This document shows positions 37,808 through 46,602 of a stretch of 64,000 nucleotides of DNA, piece after piece. The stretch lies in the NCBI GenBank assembly GCA_035996225.1, contig DASYJS010000370.1, positions 3,917 to 67,916 of the forward strand, written 5' to 3'. This stretch comes from Mycobacterium sp. Its GTDB lineage: Bacteria > Actinomycetota > Actinomycetes > Mycobacteriales > Mycobacteriaceae. The position numbers and the translations under genes were made by a program. Each line of letters begins with the position of its first letter. The first letter of the stretch is position 1. The notes under the pieces are model-generated. The model searched no databases and had not been told where the DNA came from. It saw nothing but the letters and a program-made list of their open reading frames with translations.

Positions 37808-38783
37808 TTTTCGGCGGGCCGCGCGTGACGTCTCTAATTGGGGACGGTGGGGGGACGACGACGAGCTTGGCACATTGAACTTCATCACCACGGACAAGGT
37901 CGCACAGGCCGCGGGCCTGGTCAGGCATGGCAAGGTGTTTCCGCTCGGCGTCGACTTCGGCGCCTCGGGTCCGCAGGGCGCCTTCGAGTTTCGGCATAAC
38001 CCGGTACACATCATGACCGTCGACGGCGGCGATGTGAACACGCTGGCCAAGTACGGGCCGAGCTGGCCGCGTAACCGGTTGGCGCAGCAGCTGAGTAGCT
38101 ACATGACGGCCGACAATCCGTTCCGCTTCAACGACGACATCATCATCATGCCGTTGCAGGCAGCAAGCCAGTGGGATGCGCTGTCCCACGTCTACTACGA
38201 CGATTACCTCTACAACGGCTTCCCGGCGGATTCGGTGACCAGTATGGGCGCCTACCACTGCGGCATCGACAAGGTTGACGTCAAGGGCATCACGTCCCGC
38301 GGTGTGTTGCTGGACTTGGTTCGACATCGGGGGGCCGACGTCTTCCTCGAAGCCGGAAACCCTATCTCCCCTGAGGAACTCGACGACGTGGTCCGCGCGC
38401 AGGGCGTCACGATCGGGCGAGGCGACATTGTGCTGATCCGGACCGGCTGGTGGACAAGGTTTCTCATGACCGGAAACAAGACAGAAGGCTATTCCGGACT
38501 GGACTGGCGATGTGCCCAGTGGCTACATGACAACGAGATCGCCGCCGTGGCCGCAGACAACCTCCAGGTCGAAGACCTGGAATCCGGGATCGAGGGGGTG
38601 ACGTTTCCCCTGCATCTGCTCTGCCTGCGCGACATGGGGATGATCTTTGGCGAATACTGGGATCTCACCGCGCTGGCAGAGGACTGCGCCGCCGACGGCG
38701 TCTTCGAGTTTCAGCTCGTCGCCCCGCCCCTGAGGGTGGTCGGCGCAGTCGGCTCCCCGGTCAACCCGATCGCGATCAAGTGA
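37785..38783 (+). CDS. Cyclase-family protein (kynurenine formamidase-like fold)
   Basis: RWGDDDELGTLNF, QAASQWDALSHVYY. ATG at 37785 with GAGGAAGGAG upstream; overlaps the SDR by 23 nt. Confidence 0.8.
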   Translation: MSRADLTDFRRAARDVSNWGRWGDDDELGTLNFITTDKVAQAAGLVRHGKVFPLGVDFGASGPQGAFEFRHNPVHIMTVDGGDVNTLAKYGPSWPRNRLAQQLSSYMTADNPFRFNDDIIIMPLQAASQWDALSHVYYDDYLYNGFPADSVTSMGAYHCGIDKVDVKGITSRGVLLDLVRHRGADVFLEAGNPISPEELDDVVRAQGVTIGRGDIVLIRTGWWTRFLMTGNKTEGYSGLDWRCAQWLHDNEIAAVAADNLQVEDLESGIEGVTFPLHLLCLRDMGMIFGEYWDLTALAEDCAADGVFEFQLVAPPLRVVGAVGSPVNPIAIK

Positions 38784-39613
38784 CGGACTTTCACCGCAAG
38801 ACCATGCTGGTGGACGGCCTGACCACCGGCTACCTAGAGGCCGGCGAAGGCGATCCGGTGGTGCTGCTGCACGGCGGTGAGTTCGGCGCCAGCGCCGAAC
38901 TCGGTTGGGAACGCAACATTTCCGCGCTGGCCGCGCACTATCGGGTGCTGGCCCCGGACATGCTGGGGTATGGAAATTCGGCGAAGGTCGTCGACTTCAT
39001 CGACGGCCGGGGGATGCGGATACGGCATGTGGCCCGCTTCTGCGAGGTCCTCGGCGTCGACTCGGCGCATTTCGCCGGCAACTCCATGGGCGCCATCAAC
39101 CTACTCAACGACGCCACGTCGGAGGCGCCGCGGTTGCCGGTCCGTAGCTTGACGATCATCTGCGGGGGCGGAGAGATCCAGCAGAACAAACACTTTGAGG
39201 CGCTGCAGGAGTACGACGCATCGATGCCGGCGATGCGCTGCATTGTCGAGGCGTTGTTTTACGACGCCAGCTATCCTGCCGACGACGACTATGTGCGCCG
39301 CCGCTATGAGTCCAGCACCGCGCCCGGGGCATGGGAGGCGATAGCGGCGGCCCGTTTTCGGCGTCCTAACGCCCAACCCTCGTCGACGCCGTCGAGTACC
39401 CGACCCTACGAGCGCATCGGTGTGCCGACGCTCGTCGTCGAAGGCGGAGGGGACAAGTTGCTGCCGGCCGGGTGGGCCGCTGCGATCGCCAAGCAGATCG
39501 ACGGCGCGCGCTCGGCGGTGGTCGGCGACGCCGGGCACTGTCCGCAAATCGAGCAGTCGTCAACGGTTAACGACTTGTTGCTGGAATTTCTGTCCGACGC
39601 TCAGAAGACGTAG
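38780..39613 (+). CDS. Alpha/beta hydrolase (second C-C hydrolase-like)
   Basis: LLHGGEFG, GNSMGA elbow, AGHCPQIE. GTGA overlap with the cyclase gene. Confidence 0.82.
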   Translation: MTDFHRKTMLVDGLTTGYLEAGEGDPVVLLHGGEFGASAELGWERNISALAAHYRVLAPDMLGYGNSAKVVDFIDGRGMRIRHVARFCEVLGVDSAHFAGNSMGAINLLNDATSEAPRLPVRSLTIICGGGEIQQNKHFEALQEYDASMPAMRCIVEALFYDASYPADDDYVRRRYESSTAPGAWEAIAAARFRRPNAQPSSTPSSTRPYERIGVPTLVVEGGGDKLLPAGWAAAIAKQIDGARSAVVGDAGHCPQIEQSSTVNDLLLEFLSDAQKT

Positions 39614-41244
39614 TCCAACCGGGTCATCATTCCGGCGACTTGGTGGTAGGTGTTGTGGCAGTGCATCTGCCACACTCCGGGGTTGTCGGCCACCAGGACG
39701 GCGAGGACCTTCTGCTTGGGCAGCACGATCACGGTGTCCTTGCGGGCGCCGAGCGTTCCGTCCGTGTTGATCAGCTGGAATGTGTGCCCATGCAGGTGGA
39801 TTGGGTGATACATCATTGTCGTGTTGTCGAACGTGATGGTGGGTCGTTGCCCCTGTTCGACGTGTAGCGGATTGGTCCTGCTGTAGGGCTGGCCGTTGAT
39901 CGTCCAGTCGTATTGGACCATGTTGCCGCCCAGTACGACCGGAAGGTTGAGTCCCGGTTCGGGTCGGCCCAACATGACCGACGTTGTCGCGGTGAACATG
40001 TCGATGGTGCCCACGCGTTTGGTGAGCTCGCTCGGCTGAAATTGTGGATCGGGCGGGTTGCCTTTTCCGGTGGACAGTAGCGCGCGCGCCAGCGCACCTT
40101 TGCCCTCGGCGAGCGCGACCAGTGGGAAGACGCCGTCGGCGGCGGTCACGATGACGTCGTACCGTTCGGCCATCCCGATGAGCAGGGCGTCGACCTGCCG
40201 GGGCACGACGGGGAAACCATCGGTGTGGGTGACCGTCATGGTGTGGCCGGCCAGCGCGACGCGAAATGCGGTGTCGGAGCCGGTGTTGATGAAACGGATC
40301 CGGATCCGCTGGCCCGGTTTTGCGTTGAAGATGGTGGGAGCAGCGGGAATTCGGCCGTTGATCAGATAGTACGGATAGGGGATGTCTCCCGCGTCGCCGC
40401 CCAGAAGGTCGCTATTGCCGACGCGCCCTGCCGGTGCCGCGGGCGCAGAGGTGGTCGGGCTTGCCGACGTAGTCGAACTCGCCGAAGTGGTCTCGCTCGT
40501 CGAGGTTGTCGGGCTCGCCGAAGTGGTCGAGGTCGTCGGGGTCGTCGGGGTTGTCGAGGGCGCGGCGGGCATATTGGACATCCCGGCCTTGTTCGGGTTC
40601 GTGAGTTCCTCATAGAGCTGCTGCGGGCTCTTTCCCACGCCGTCGGTCCAATCATCAAGGACCACAATCCATTCGACGTCGTAATCACCCTCAGTGGGGT
40701 TATCGATGATAATCGGCAGGTATAGGCCGGTGTCTTCATCAAGCCCGGTGTGCGGATGGGCCCAGTAGGTACCCGAATTCGGCACCGAGAACCGGTAAGT
40801 GAACTCCTGGCCGGCATCGATGTTCGGGGTCGCGGGTTCCGCGCCATCCATGTTGTTGCGCAACGCGATGCCGTGCCAATGCACCGATGTCGGGTGGTCC
40901 AGTCGGTTCGAGACCTTGACCTCGAGCTCGTCGCCGACCCTGGCGCGGATCAGCGGTCCGGGGATCGTGTCACCGAAGGCCAGCGTCCGCACGACCGGTC
41001 CGCCCAGGTCGATCTGTGTCAGCTGCGGAGTCAAACTGGCGGTCACGGTGCGCCCGCTGTGTGGCCGCGCCGCTTCCGCGGCAGCGATCGCGTCCGCCAT
41101 CTTGGCGGCACTGCTCGGTACCTGGGAATTGGAGTGGCCACAGGCCGCCAGCGTCAATCCGCCTGCGATGCCGGCCGCCATGAAGCCTCGCCTGGTAAGC
41201 CGCGCCCCGTCGAACGGAACCCCACTGGTGGGTAGCACCGGCAT
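39601..41244 (-). CDS. mmcO: Tat-exported lipoprotein multicopper oxidase MmcO (Rv0846c-like) with a Thr/Ser/Pro-rich insert
   Basis: Twin-arginine LTRRGFMAAG plus lipobox LTLAAC. Cu motifs HWHG, HPHT, HPIHLHGH, HCHNTYH. Convergent 13-nt overlap with the hydrolase gene. Confidence 0.9.
   Translation of the reverse strand: MPVLPTSGVPFDGARLTRRGFMAAGIAGGLTLAACGHSNSQVPSSAAKMADAIAAAEAARPHSGRTVTASLTPQLTQIDLGGPVVRTLAFGDTIPGPLIRARVGDELEVKVSNRLDHPTSVHWHGIALRNNMDGAEPATPNIDAGQEFTYRFSVPNSGTYWAHPHTGLDEDTGLYLPIIIDNPTEGDYDVEWIVVLDDWTDGVGKSPQQLYEELTNPNKAGMSNMPAAPSTTPTTPTTSTTSASPTTSTSETTSASSTTSASPTTSAPAAPAGRVGNSDLLGGDAGDIPYPYYLINGRIPAAPTIFNAKPGQRIRIRFINTGSDTAFRVALAGHTMTVTHTDGFPVVPRQVDALLIGMAERYDVIVTAADGVFPLVALAEGKGALARALLSTGKGNPPDPQFQPSELTKRVGTIDMFTATTSVMLGRPEPGLNLPVVLGGNMVQYDWTINGQPYSRTNPLHVEQGQRPTITFDNTTMMYHPIHLHGHTFQLINTDGTLGARKDTVIVLPKQKVLAVLVADNPGVWQMHCHNTYHQVAGMMTRLDYVF
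40447..40557. repeat. Imperfect 18-bp (6-codon) tandem repeat inside mmcO, about 6 units
   Basis: Encodes TPTTPT TSTTSA SPTTST SETTSA SSTTSA SPTTSA. DNA units resemble gaagtggtcgaggtcgtc / gaggttgtcgggctcgcc. Confidence 0.7.
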
Positions 41245-41343
41245 TGGTCGCTCCTCGTCGTCGGTCGATTCCTCCTGGGCGAGTTATACCGTGCTCGGGA
41301 GTTAGCCGGAACGCAACCGTTGACAACGGATCATTGGCTGATC

Positions 41344-42105
41344 TCAGCTGGCGCTTGCCTGGGAAGCCATCCAGTCGCTGAAGCTGGTGGGGTAGACGGT
41401 CAATTCTTCGCCGTCGACGGGAACGATGCTGCGCTCGTCGAGCACCGCACCGTAATAGCGGGCGTCAGCGTCGGTCACCACCTGGCGCGCATCGCCGGTC
41501 GCGGCAAAACGTGCCCGGATGAAGTCGTCCATGCCCTGCTTGTCGGGACCGGCGATATTGATCACTCCGTTAATCGGATCGCCGGCGGCCGCGCGGGTGA
41601 CGGCCGTGGCGACGTCCGCGGCGGCAATGGGCTGAAACGCCCCGTGCGGCGCGCGAATCGTGTCGCCGTCGGCCAGCGAATCGGCAATGCCGTCAACGAA
41701 TTCGAAGAACTGGGTGGCACGCACGATCGAGTATGGAGATCCCGATTCCACGATGACTTTCTCCTGGGCGACCTTTGCCCGCATGTAGCCACTTTCGGCC
41801 GCCCGGTCGGCGCCCACGATCGACAGTGCGACGTGGTGGGCCACGCCGGCGGCCCGCTCTGCCTCGAGAAGGTTGCGAGTGGAAGTGGTGAAAAACTCCA
41901 GCACGTCGTCGTCGGCCCAGGACGGCGAGTTGGACACGTCCACCACCGTGTGGACACCGGCGACGGCCTCGGCGAGTCCTTCACCGGTGATGGCGTTGAC
42001 ACCTGAGCGGGGCGAGGCCGGGACGGCTTCGTGTCCCAACTCGGTGAGCTGGGCGACCACCTGCGATCCGATCAGCCCGCTGCCACCGACTACCAAAACC
42101 TTCAT
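41344..42105 (-). CDS. NAD(P)H-binding NmrA-like/atypical SDR protein
   Basis: MKVLVVGGSGLIGSQV Rossmann motif. ATG at 42105 with GAAAGG upstream. Confidence 0.85.
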   Translation of the reverse strand: MKVLVVGGSGLIGSQVVAQLTELGHEAVPASPRSGVNAITGEGLAEAVAGVHTVVDVSNSPSWADDDVLEFFTTSTRNLLEAERAAGVAHHVALSIVGADRAAESGYMRAKVAQEKVIVESGSPYSIVRATQFFEFVDGIADSLADGDTIRAPHGAFQPIAAADVATAVTRAAAGDPINGVINIAGPDKQGMDDFIRARFAATGDARQVVTDADARYYGAVLDERSIVPVDGEELTVYPTSFSDWMASQASAS

Positions 42106-42186
42106 GAATACGCCTTTCAAGTTTCCCGATGAACTGCCGTGTTTAGCATGGCGCGTGCGCTCGCTGGCCGGCACCCCTGCGGGCCG

Positions 42187-43104
42187 TTAGGCGAAGCGCC
42201 GGGCTAGACCCTCGTCGGTGCTGGCGACCGAGTAGCAGGCCGCGGTCGAGATGATCGTCGGCACGACAAGCGAGAGCACGAAGACGAACATGACGAACGC
42301 GCGGTTGGGCGTGGTCAGCCAGCCGAGGGGGAGGCGCGCCAGGCTGACGGCGAGCCATGACGCGGCGACCGCGAGGAACAGGGTTCCCACCGTGGCGACC
42401 TTGATCGAGCGCAACGCCAACTGCGTTGGCTCGGCGGCGTTGGCCAGCGAGCGGTTGAGGTTTCTGGTGCGGATGTAGACCACGGCGAAATCAAGCACGA
42501 TGACCAGCGCGCAGAACGTCACGATCGCCCCCGTCAGCCAGAGCGCGGGCCGGTGACCGAGCACGAAATGCAGGTAGTCGATGCTCGTTTCGCTCATGAT
42601 CAACGTCGTCGCCATCGCGGCGCCGAAGGTCAGCCACCCGCCGAGGTCGGCCAGGAAACAGAAGGCGCGGACGTCCGCGGGATCCTCCTTGGGGGCCTTG
42701 TTCACCGCGTGAGTTGCAAGCATCCAGCCCAGCCCGCCGAACAGTCCGGTGGTGCCTGCCGCGAGCATGCCGGTCGCCAGATTGCCCTGGGTCCAGGCGA
42801 TCGCGCAGATGGCCTGGCGGTCACCGTTTTCGGGAGGGTGCGTGCCGCTGATGAGGCTGAACAGAAAGCTGTCGAGCATCAGGATCAGCACCGCCGAGGA
42901 GAACAACGCCAGGGTGTGCACGCCTTCTCGACTGCTGCGGTCGAACAGCAAGGCGATTGCGGTGATCAGGAATCCGCCGAGCACACCGGCGAGCTGCGAC
43001 GTCGACGGCGCCGAGGCGATCATGCTCCATTGATCGGAGGTGCAGAAGGTATCGGGATTCATCGACGCCGCAACCCGATAATGATCCGCTCGCTCATGGG
43101 CCAA
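42187..43104 (-). CDS. Integral membrane protein, unknown function (about 8 TM segments)
   Basis: Repeated hydrophobic segments (LAGVLGGFLITAIALLF, LFSSAVLILMLDSFLFSLI, ...). No family recognised. Confidence 0.7.
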   Translation of the reverse strand: MAHERADHYRVAASMNPDTFCTSDQWSMIASAPSTSQLAGVLGGFLITAIALLFDRSSREGVHTLALFSSAVLILMLDSFLFSLISGTHPPENGDRQAICAIAWTQGNLATGMLAAGTTGLFGGLGWMLATHAVNKAPKEDPADVRAFCFLADLGGWLTFGAAMATTLIMSETSIDYLHFVLGHRPALWLTGAIVTFCALVIVLDFAVVYIRTRNLNRSLANAAEPTQLALRSIKVATVGTLFLAVAASWLAVSLARLPLGWLTTPNRAFVMFVFVLSLVVPTIISTAACYSVASTDEGLARRFA

Positions 43105-43181
43105 ACATTAGCCAGCGCCTTCCATGGCGAAGCCGCATTGGGCCATTGAGCCGGCGCAGACCGCGCCGCGCAGTGAGCGCT

Positions 43182-43205
43182 TCTAAATCAACTGCTTGAC
43201 TTAAA
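43182..43205. promoter_or_regulatory. KstR2-like palindromic operator candidate (site A)
   Basis: TCTAAaTCAACTGCTTGAcTTAAA, 26 nt upstream of the SDR GTG. Contains a TTGACT -35-like hexamer. Confidence 0.45.
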
Positions 43206-43231
43206 GAGGCCGGCGCCGATTAACTCGTCGG

Positions 43232-44062
43232 GTGGTTAACGAATTGGATGGCAAGGTCGCCATCGTCACCGGTGGGGCCTCGGGCATCGGACGCGGCATC
43301 GTGGAGCGGTTTCTGGCCGAGGGCGCGCGCGTCGTCATCGCCGATCTCGAGGCCGACAGGGGAGAGGAGCTGGCCGCCTCGCGCGGAGCCCGCGCTCTTT
43401 TTCGCCGGACGGACGTCTCCGATCCCGAACAGGTTGGGACACTGGTAGCCACTACCGTCGAGAAGTTCGGCGGTCTGCACGTCATGGTGAACAACGCCGG
43501 GATTTCCAGCCCCCTAGGCCGATTGCTGGACGACGACCTGGCCGATTTTCACCGCGTGATGGGCGTGAACGTGCTGGGTGTGATGGCGGGTACCCGAGAT
43601 GCCGCGCGGCACATGGCCGAAAGCGGCGGCGGCTCCATCATCAACATGACCTCGATCGGCGGGATCCAGGCCGGCGGCGGCGTGATGACCTATCGCGCGT
43701 CCAAGGCCGCGGTCATCCAGTTCACCAAGTGTGCGGCAATTGAGTTGGCCTACCACGAGATTCGGGTCAACGCGATCGCGCCGGGCAGCATACCCACCCC
43801 GATTTTGGGTAAGTCGGCCGCTGGGATGGATCCAGATGAGTTGGCGCAGTTCGAGGCGCGGATTCGCCAGGGGATGCGCGATGACCGACCGCTGAAGCGC
43901 GAGGGTACGACCGACGACGTTGCCCAGGCCGCGCTGTACTTTGCCACCGACCGGTCCCGCTATGTCACCGGCACCGTGCTGCCAGTCGACGGGGGAACCT
44001 CGGCCGGCAAGCCGCTCCGCTCGAAGAAGCGCGCTGAACCTGACCTCGGTGACGCCGGCTAG
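43232..44062 (+). CDS. Short-chain dehydrogenase/reductase
   Basis: TGGASGIG, NNAG, YRASKAA. Confidence 0.88.
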   Translation: MVNELDGKVAIVTGGASGIGRGIVERFLAEGARVVIADLEADRGEELAASRGARALFRRTDVSDPEQVGTLVATTVEKFGGLHVMVNNAGISSPLGRLLDDDLADFHRVMGVNVLGVMAGTRDAARHMAESGGGSIINMTSIGGIQAGGGVMTYRASKAAVIQFTKCAAIELAYHEIRVNAIAPGSIPTPILGKSAAGMDPDELAQFEARIRQGMRDDRPLKREGTTDDVAQAALYFATDRSRYVTGTVLPVDGGTSAGKPLRSKKRAEPDLGDAG

Positions 44063-45072
44063 AGGTTTGGGAGCGACCGCGGTAGCCCGAACGATGCGAG
44101 CACGCTGTTGTCGAACCGAGTCATGGCGCTGATCCGGTCGCCGGTGAGAGTGAGGACGTACAGGCCGGTTCCGCGGCGGATGCCGGTTGGAGTGCGTAGG
44201 TACGCTCCGAACGCCGGTTGACGATTGGCTCGTGTTGGGATGAGGTCGAACCTCCGGCCTGCACGGAAGATGCTGGCGCAGAAGCGCGCAACGACGTCCC
44301 GGCCCTGGTATTCGAAGGGCATTGGTGGCATCGACATGAAGACGTCGTCGGTTAGCAGGGTCACCAGCGCGTCGACATCGGCGGATTCCCACGCGCGGAC
44401 AAACTTCGCTACGATCGCTTCCTCTGAGGGTGAGTCGGCGGCGGGCAGCGGTTCGCCGTCGTCGGTGCTGGCTCGTCGGTGCTGCAGGCTGGCGCGCGCC
44501 CGTTTGAGAGCGCTTTTCACCGACTCGACGGTCGAATCCAGCATGTGGGCAACATCTTTGGCGTGGAATCCGAGGACGTCGCGCAGAATGAGCACGGCGA
44601 GCTGACGAGGTGGCAGTAGCTGAAGGGCGGTCACGAAGGCCAGGGAGATGGCTTCGCTTTGCTCGTAGCGCGCCTCCGGGCCGACAAGCCGCGCGTCGAT
44701 GGCACCCGCGAGTTGGGCGTCGGGAAATGGCTCGAGCCAGACGACTTCGCCTAGCCGAGTCGGCTCGGGTGGTTCAACATTGGGCACGTCCCACGCCTTG
44801 GCCGGGCGTCGGTTGGCCGACCGGCGAGCGTTGAGGCACCGGTTGGTCGCGATTCGGTAGAGCCAGCTGCGCAGCGAGGCGCGTCCCTCGAAACCGCCGA
44901 ACCCTTGCCAAGCGGCCAGCAGCGTGTCTTGTAGAGCGTCCTCGGCGTCTTGGAATGATCCCAGCATTCGGTAGCAATGCACTTTTAGTTCCTGGCAGTA
45001 CGGCTCGGTCAGTTCCCCGAACGCCTGGCCATCCCCGGCCTGCGCCCGTGACATCAGGTCGACAGCTACCAC
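44059..45072 (-). CDS. ECF-type sigma-70 factor with C-terminal SnoaL/NTF2-like domain (SigG/SigJ-like, TIGR02960-type)
   Basis: Region 2 (DAEDALQDTLLAAWQG, SLRSWLYRIATN), region 4 (LPPRQLAVLILRDVLGFHAKDVAHML), then about 120 aa NTF2-like (IVAKFVRAWESADVDALVTLL). Start uncertain: GTG at 45072 after GGGAGG, ATG at 45054 or ATG at 45108. Confidence 0.85.
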   Translation of the reverse strand: MVAVDLMSRAQAGDGQAFGELTEPYCQELKVHCYRMLGSFQDAEDALQDTLLAAWQGFGGFEGRASLRSWLYRIATNRCLNARRSANRRPAKAWDVPNVEPPEPTRLGEVVWLEPFPDAQLAGAIDARLVGPEARYEQSEAISLAFVTALQLLPPRQLAVLILRDVLGFHAKDVAHMLDSTVESVKSALKRARASLQHRRASTDDGEPLPAADSPSEEAIVAKFVRAWESADVDALVTLLTDDVFMSMPPMPFEYQGRDVVARFCASIFRAGRRFDLIPTRANRQPAFGAYLRTPTGIRRGTGLYVLTLTGDRISAMTRFDNSVLASFGLPRSLPNL

Positions 45073-45218
45073 CCTCGCGTCACCTCCCTTCCGCACATTG
45101 CACTTCATCCTGTACAGACACCGGCCGAACGGGCCCACGGGGCGGTAGGCGGGCGCCACCTTCTTTCACGCCGCGGTGTCTACATCAGTAGTAGCTGACA
45201 ATCTAACGAGGAGAATCA

Positions 45219-45797
45219 ATGGGAAAGATCGTCATCAGCGAGAACGTCTCGCTCGACGGAGTCGTTCAGGATCCGACTGGTGAGGAGGGCTTCGCGCGCG
45301 GCGGCTGGTTCCTCCAGGTGGCAGACCAGGACCGCGAAGCGTGGGCCAAGCTCGAGTTCGACGAGGCACGGGCGGCCGAGGCCCTACTGCTCGGCCGTCG
45401 AAGCGACGAGTTTTTCGCCGCGCGCTGGCTATCTCGGAGTGGCGAGTGGGCGGACAGATTGAACAGTATGCCCAAGTACGTCATGTCCTCGAGAATCAAA
45501 GAGCCAAAGTGGAGCAACTCGACGGTCCTCAAGGGCGACGTGGTGCACGAGGTCTCGAAGCTGAAGGAGCAACTCGACGGCGACATCGTCGTCTACGCCA
45601 GCGCACAGCTCGTACATACGGTGCTGGAGCACGATCTCGTCGACGAACTGCGGCTGACCGTGTTCCCGGTTGTGGTTGGCGCCGGCGTGCGCCTCTTCGG
45701 CGCGACCAGCGACAAGAAACCCATGCGCCTCATCGAGAGCCGAACCGTCGGCGACGGCCTCGCCTTCCTTGTCTACCAGCCCGTCCGAGACGCCTAG
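45219..45797 (+). CDS. Dihydrofolate reductase-family protein (RibD C-terminal domain)
   Basis: MGKIVISENVSLDGVV..., LLLGRR, ELRLTVFPVVVGAG. Confidence 0.85.
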   Translation: MGKIVISENVSLDGVVQDPTGEEGFARGGWFLQVADQDREAWAKLEFDEARAAEALLLGRRSDEFFAARWLSRSGEWADRLNSMPKYVMSSRIKEPKWSNSTVLKGDVVHEVSKLKEQLDGDIVVYASAQLVHTVLEHDLVDELRLTVFPVVVGAGVRLFGATSDKKPMRLIESRTVGDGLAFLVYQPVRDA

Positions 45798-45809
45798 GCT
45801 CGCCGGACT

Positions 45810-45865
45810 CGAGCGTGACGGTGCAGTCACGTTCGGGGCCGAGCGTGACCGCAGGGTCACGCTCG
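45810..45865. repeat. Twin-hairpin REP-like / terminator-like element, copy 2
   Basis: CGAGCGTGAC-ggtgca-GTCACGTTCG followed by CGAGCGTGACC-gcag-GGTCACGCTCG (perfect 11 bp), 13 nt after the DHFR-family stop. Confidence 0.6.
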
Positions 45866-45887
45866 AGATGGACGCGCGGCGGACCCG

Positions 45888-45911
45888 TTTAAATCAAGCG
45901 CTTGACTTAAA
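45888..45911. promoter_or_regulatory. KstR2-like palindromic operator candidate (site B)
   Basis: TTTAAaTCAAGCGCTTGAcTTAAA, 11/12 symmetric half-site positions, 25 nt upstream of the TetR ATG. Confidence 0.5.
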
Positions 45912-45936
45912 GTTCGGTGCGAGGTTGACTGATCCA

Positions 45937-46602
45937 ATGACCACGGCAGGCAGGGCCGTTCGCACCGAGCGGGCCAGCTCTACCCAGGAGGCGATCCTGG
46001 TGGCGGCCGAACGGCTGTATGCCGAGCACGGCATGTTCGCGGTGTCGAACCGGCAAGTCAGCGAGGCTGCGGGGCAGGGGAATAACGCCGCGGTGGGCTA
46101 TCACTTCGGTACCAAGGCCGACCTGGTGCGCGCCATCGAGGAGAAGCATCGCGGACCCGTCGAGGAGCTGCGCGAGCAGCTGGTGACCGAGCTACTGTCG
46201 TCGGGCGGCTCTGGCGAACTTCGGGACTGGGTGGCCTGCTTGGTACGCCCCCTGACCGACCACCTCGAGGACCTCGGCAACCCCACTTGGTACGCCCGCT
46301 TCGCGGCCCAAGCAATGACCGATCCGGCGTACTACAACATCATCGTCAGGGGCGCGCTCAGCTCACCATCGCTGGTGCAGGTCGTCGAGGGCATCAACCG
46401 CTGCCTGCCCAACCTGCCGACCGATGTCCACTTCGAGCGCAACATCATGGCACGAAACCTGTTGATGCACACCTGCGCCGATCGCGAACGTGCGCTCGTC
46501 GCGGGCGCTGCGATGGCCCAGCCCTCCTGGCGGGCAGCCGCATTCGGCCTCATCGATGCGATCGTGGGCCTGTGGCTGGCGCCGGTAACTCCGTACGAAT
46601 GA
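45937..46602 (+). CDS. TetR-family transcriptional regulator
   Basis: ILVAAERLYAEHGMFAVSNRQVSEAAGQGNNAAVGYHFGTKADL HTH region. ATG at 45937. Confidence 0.88.
   Translation: MTTAGRAVRTERASSTQEAILVAAERLYAEHGMFAVSNRQVSEAAGQGNNAAVGYHFGTKADLVRAIEEKHRGPVEELREQLVTELLSSGGSGELRDWVACLVRPLTDHLEDLGNPTWYARFAAQAMTDPAYYNIIVRGALSSPSLVQVVEGINRCLPNLPTDVHFERNIMARNLLMHTCADRERALVAGAAMAQPSWRAAAFGLIDAIVGLWLAPVTPYE

Noticed and set aside
41287-41301. Possible RicR/CsoR-type copper-repressor site upstream of mmcO (TACCGtgctcGGGAG), plus the nearby palindrome CCGTTGaCAACGG
   Set aside because: It is only a partial match to the TACCC-N5-GGGTA-type box, and I only vaguely remember that box. The second palindrome has a 1-nt spacer and no known counterpart. 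Too weak to call.
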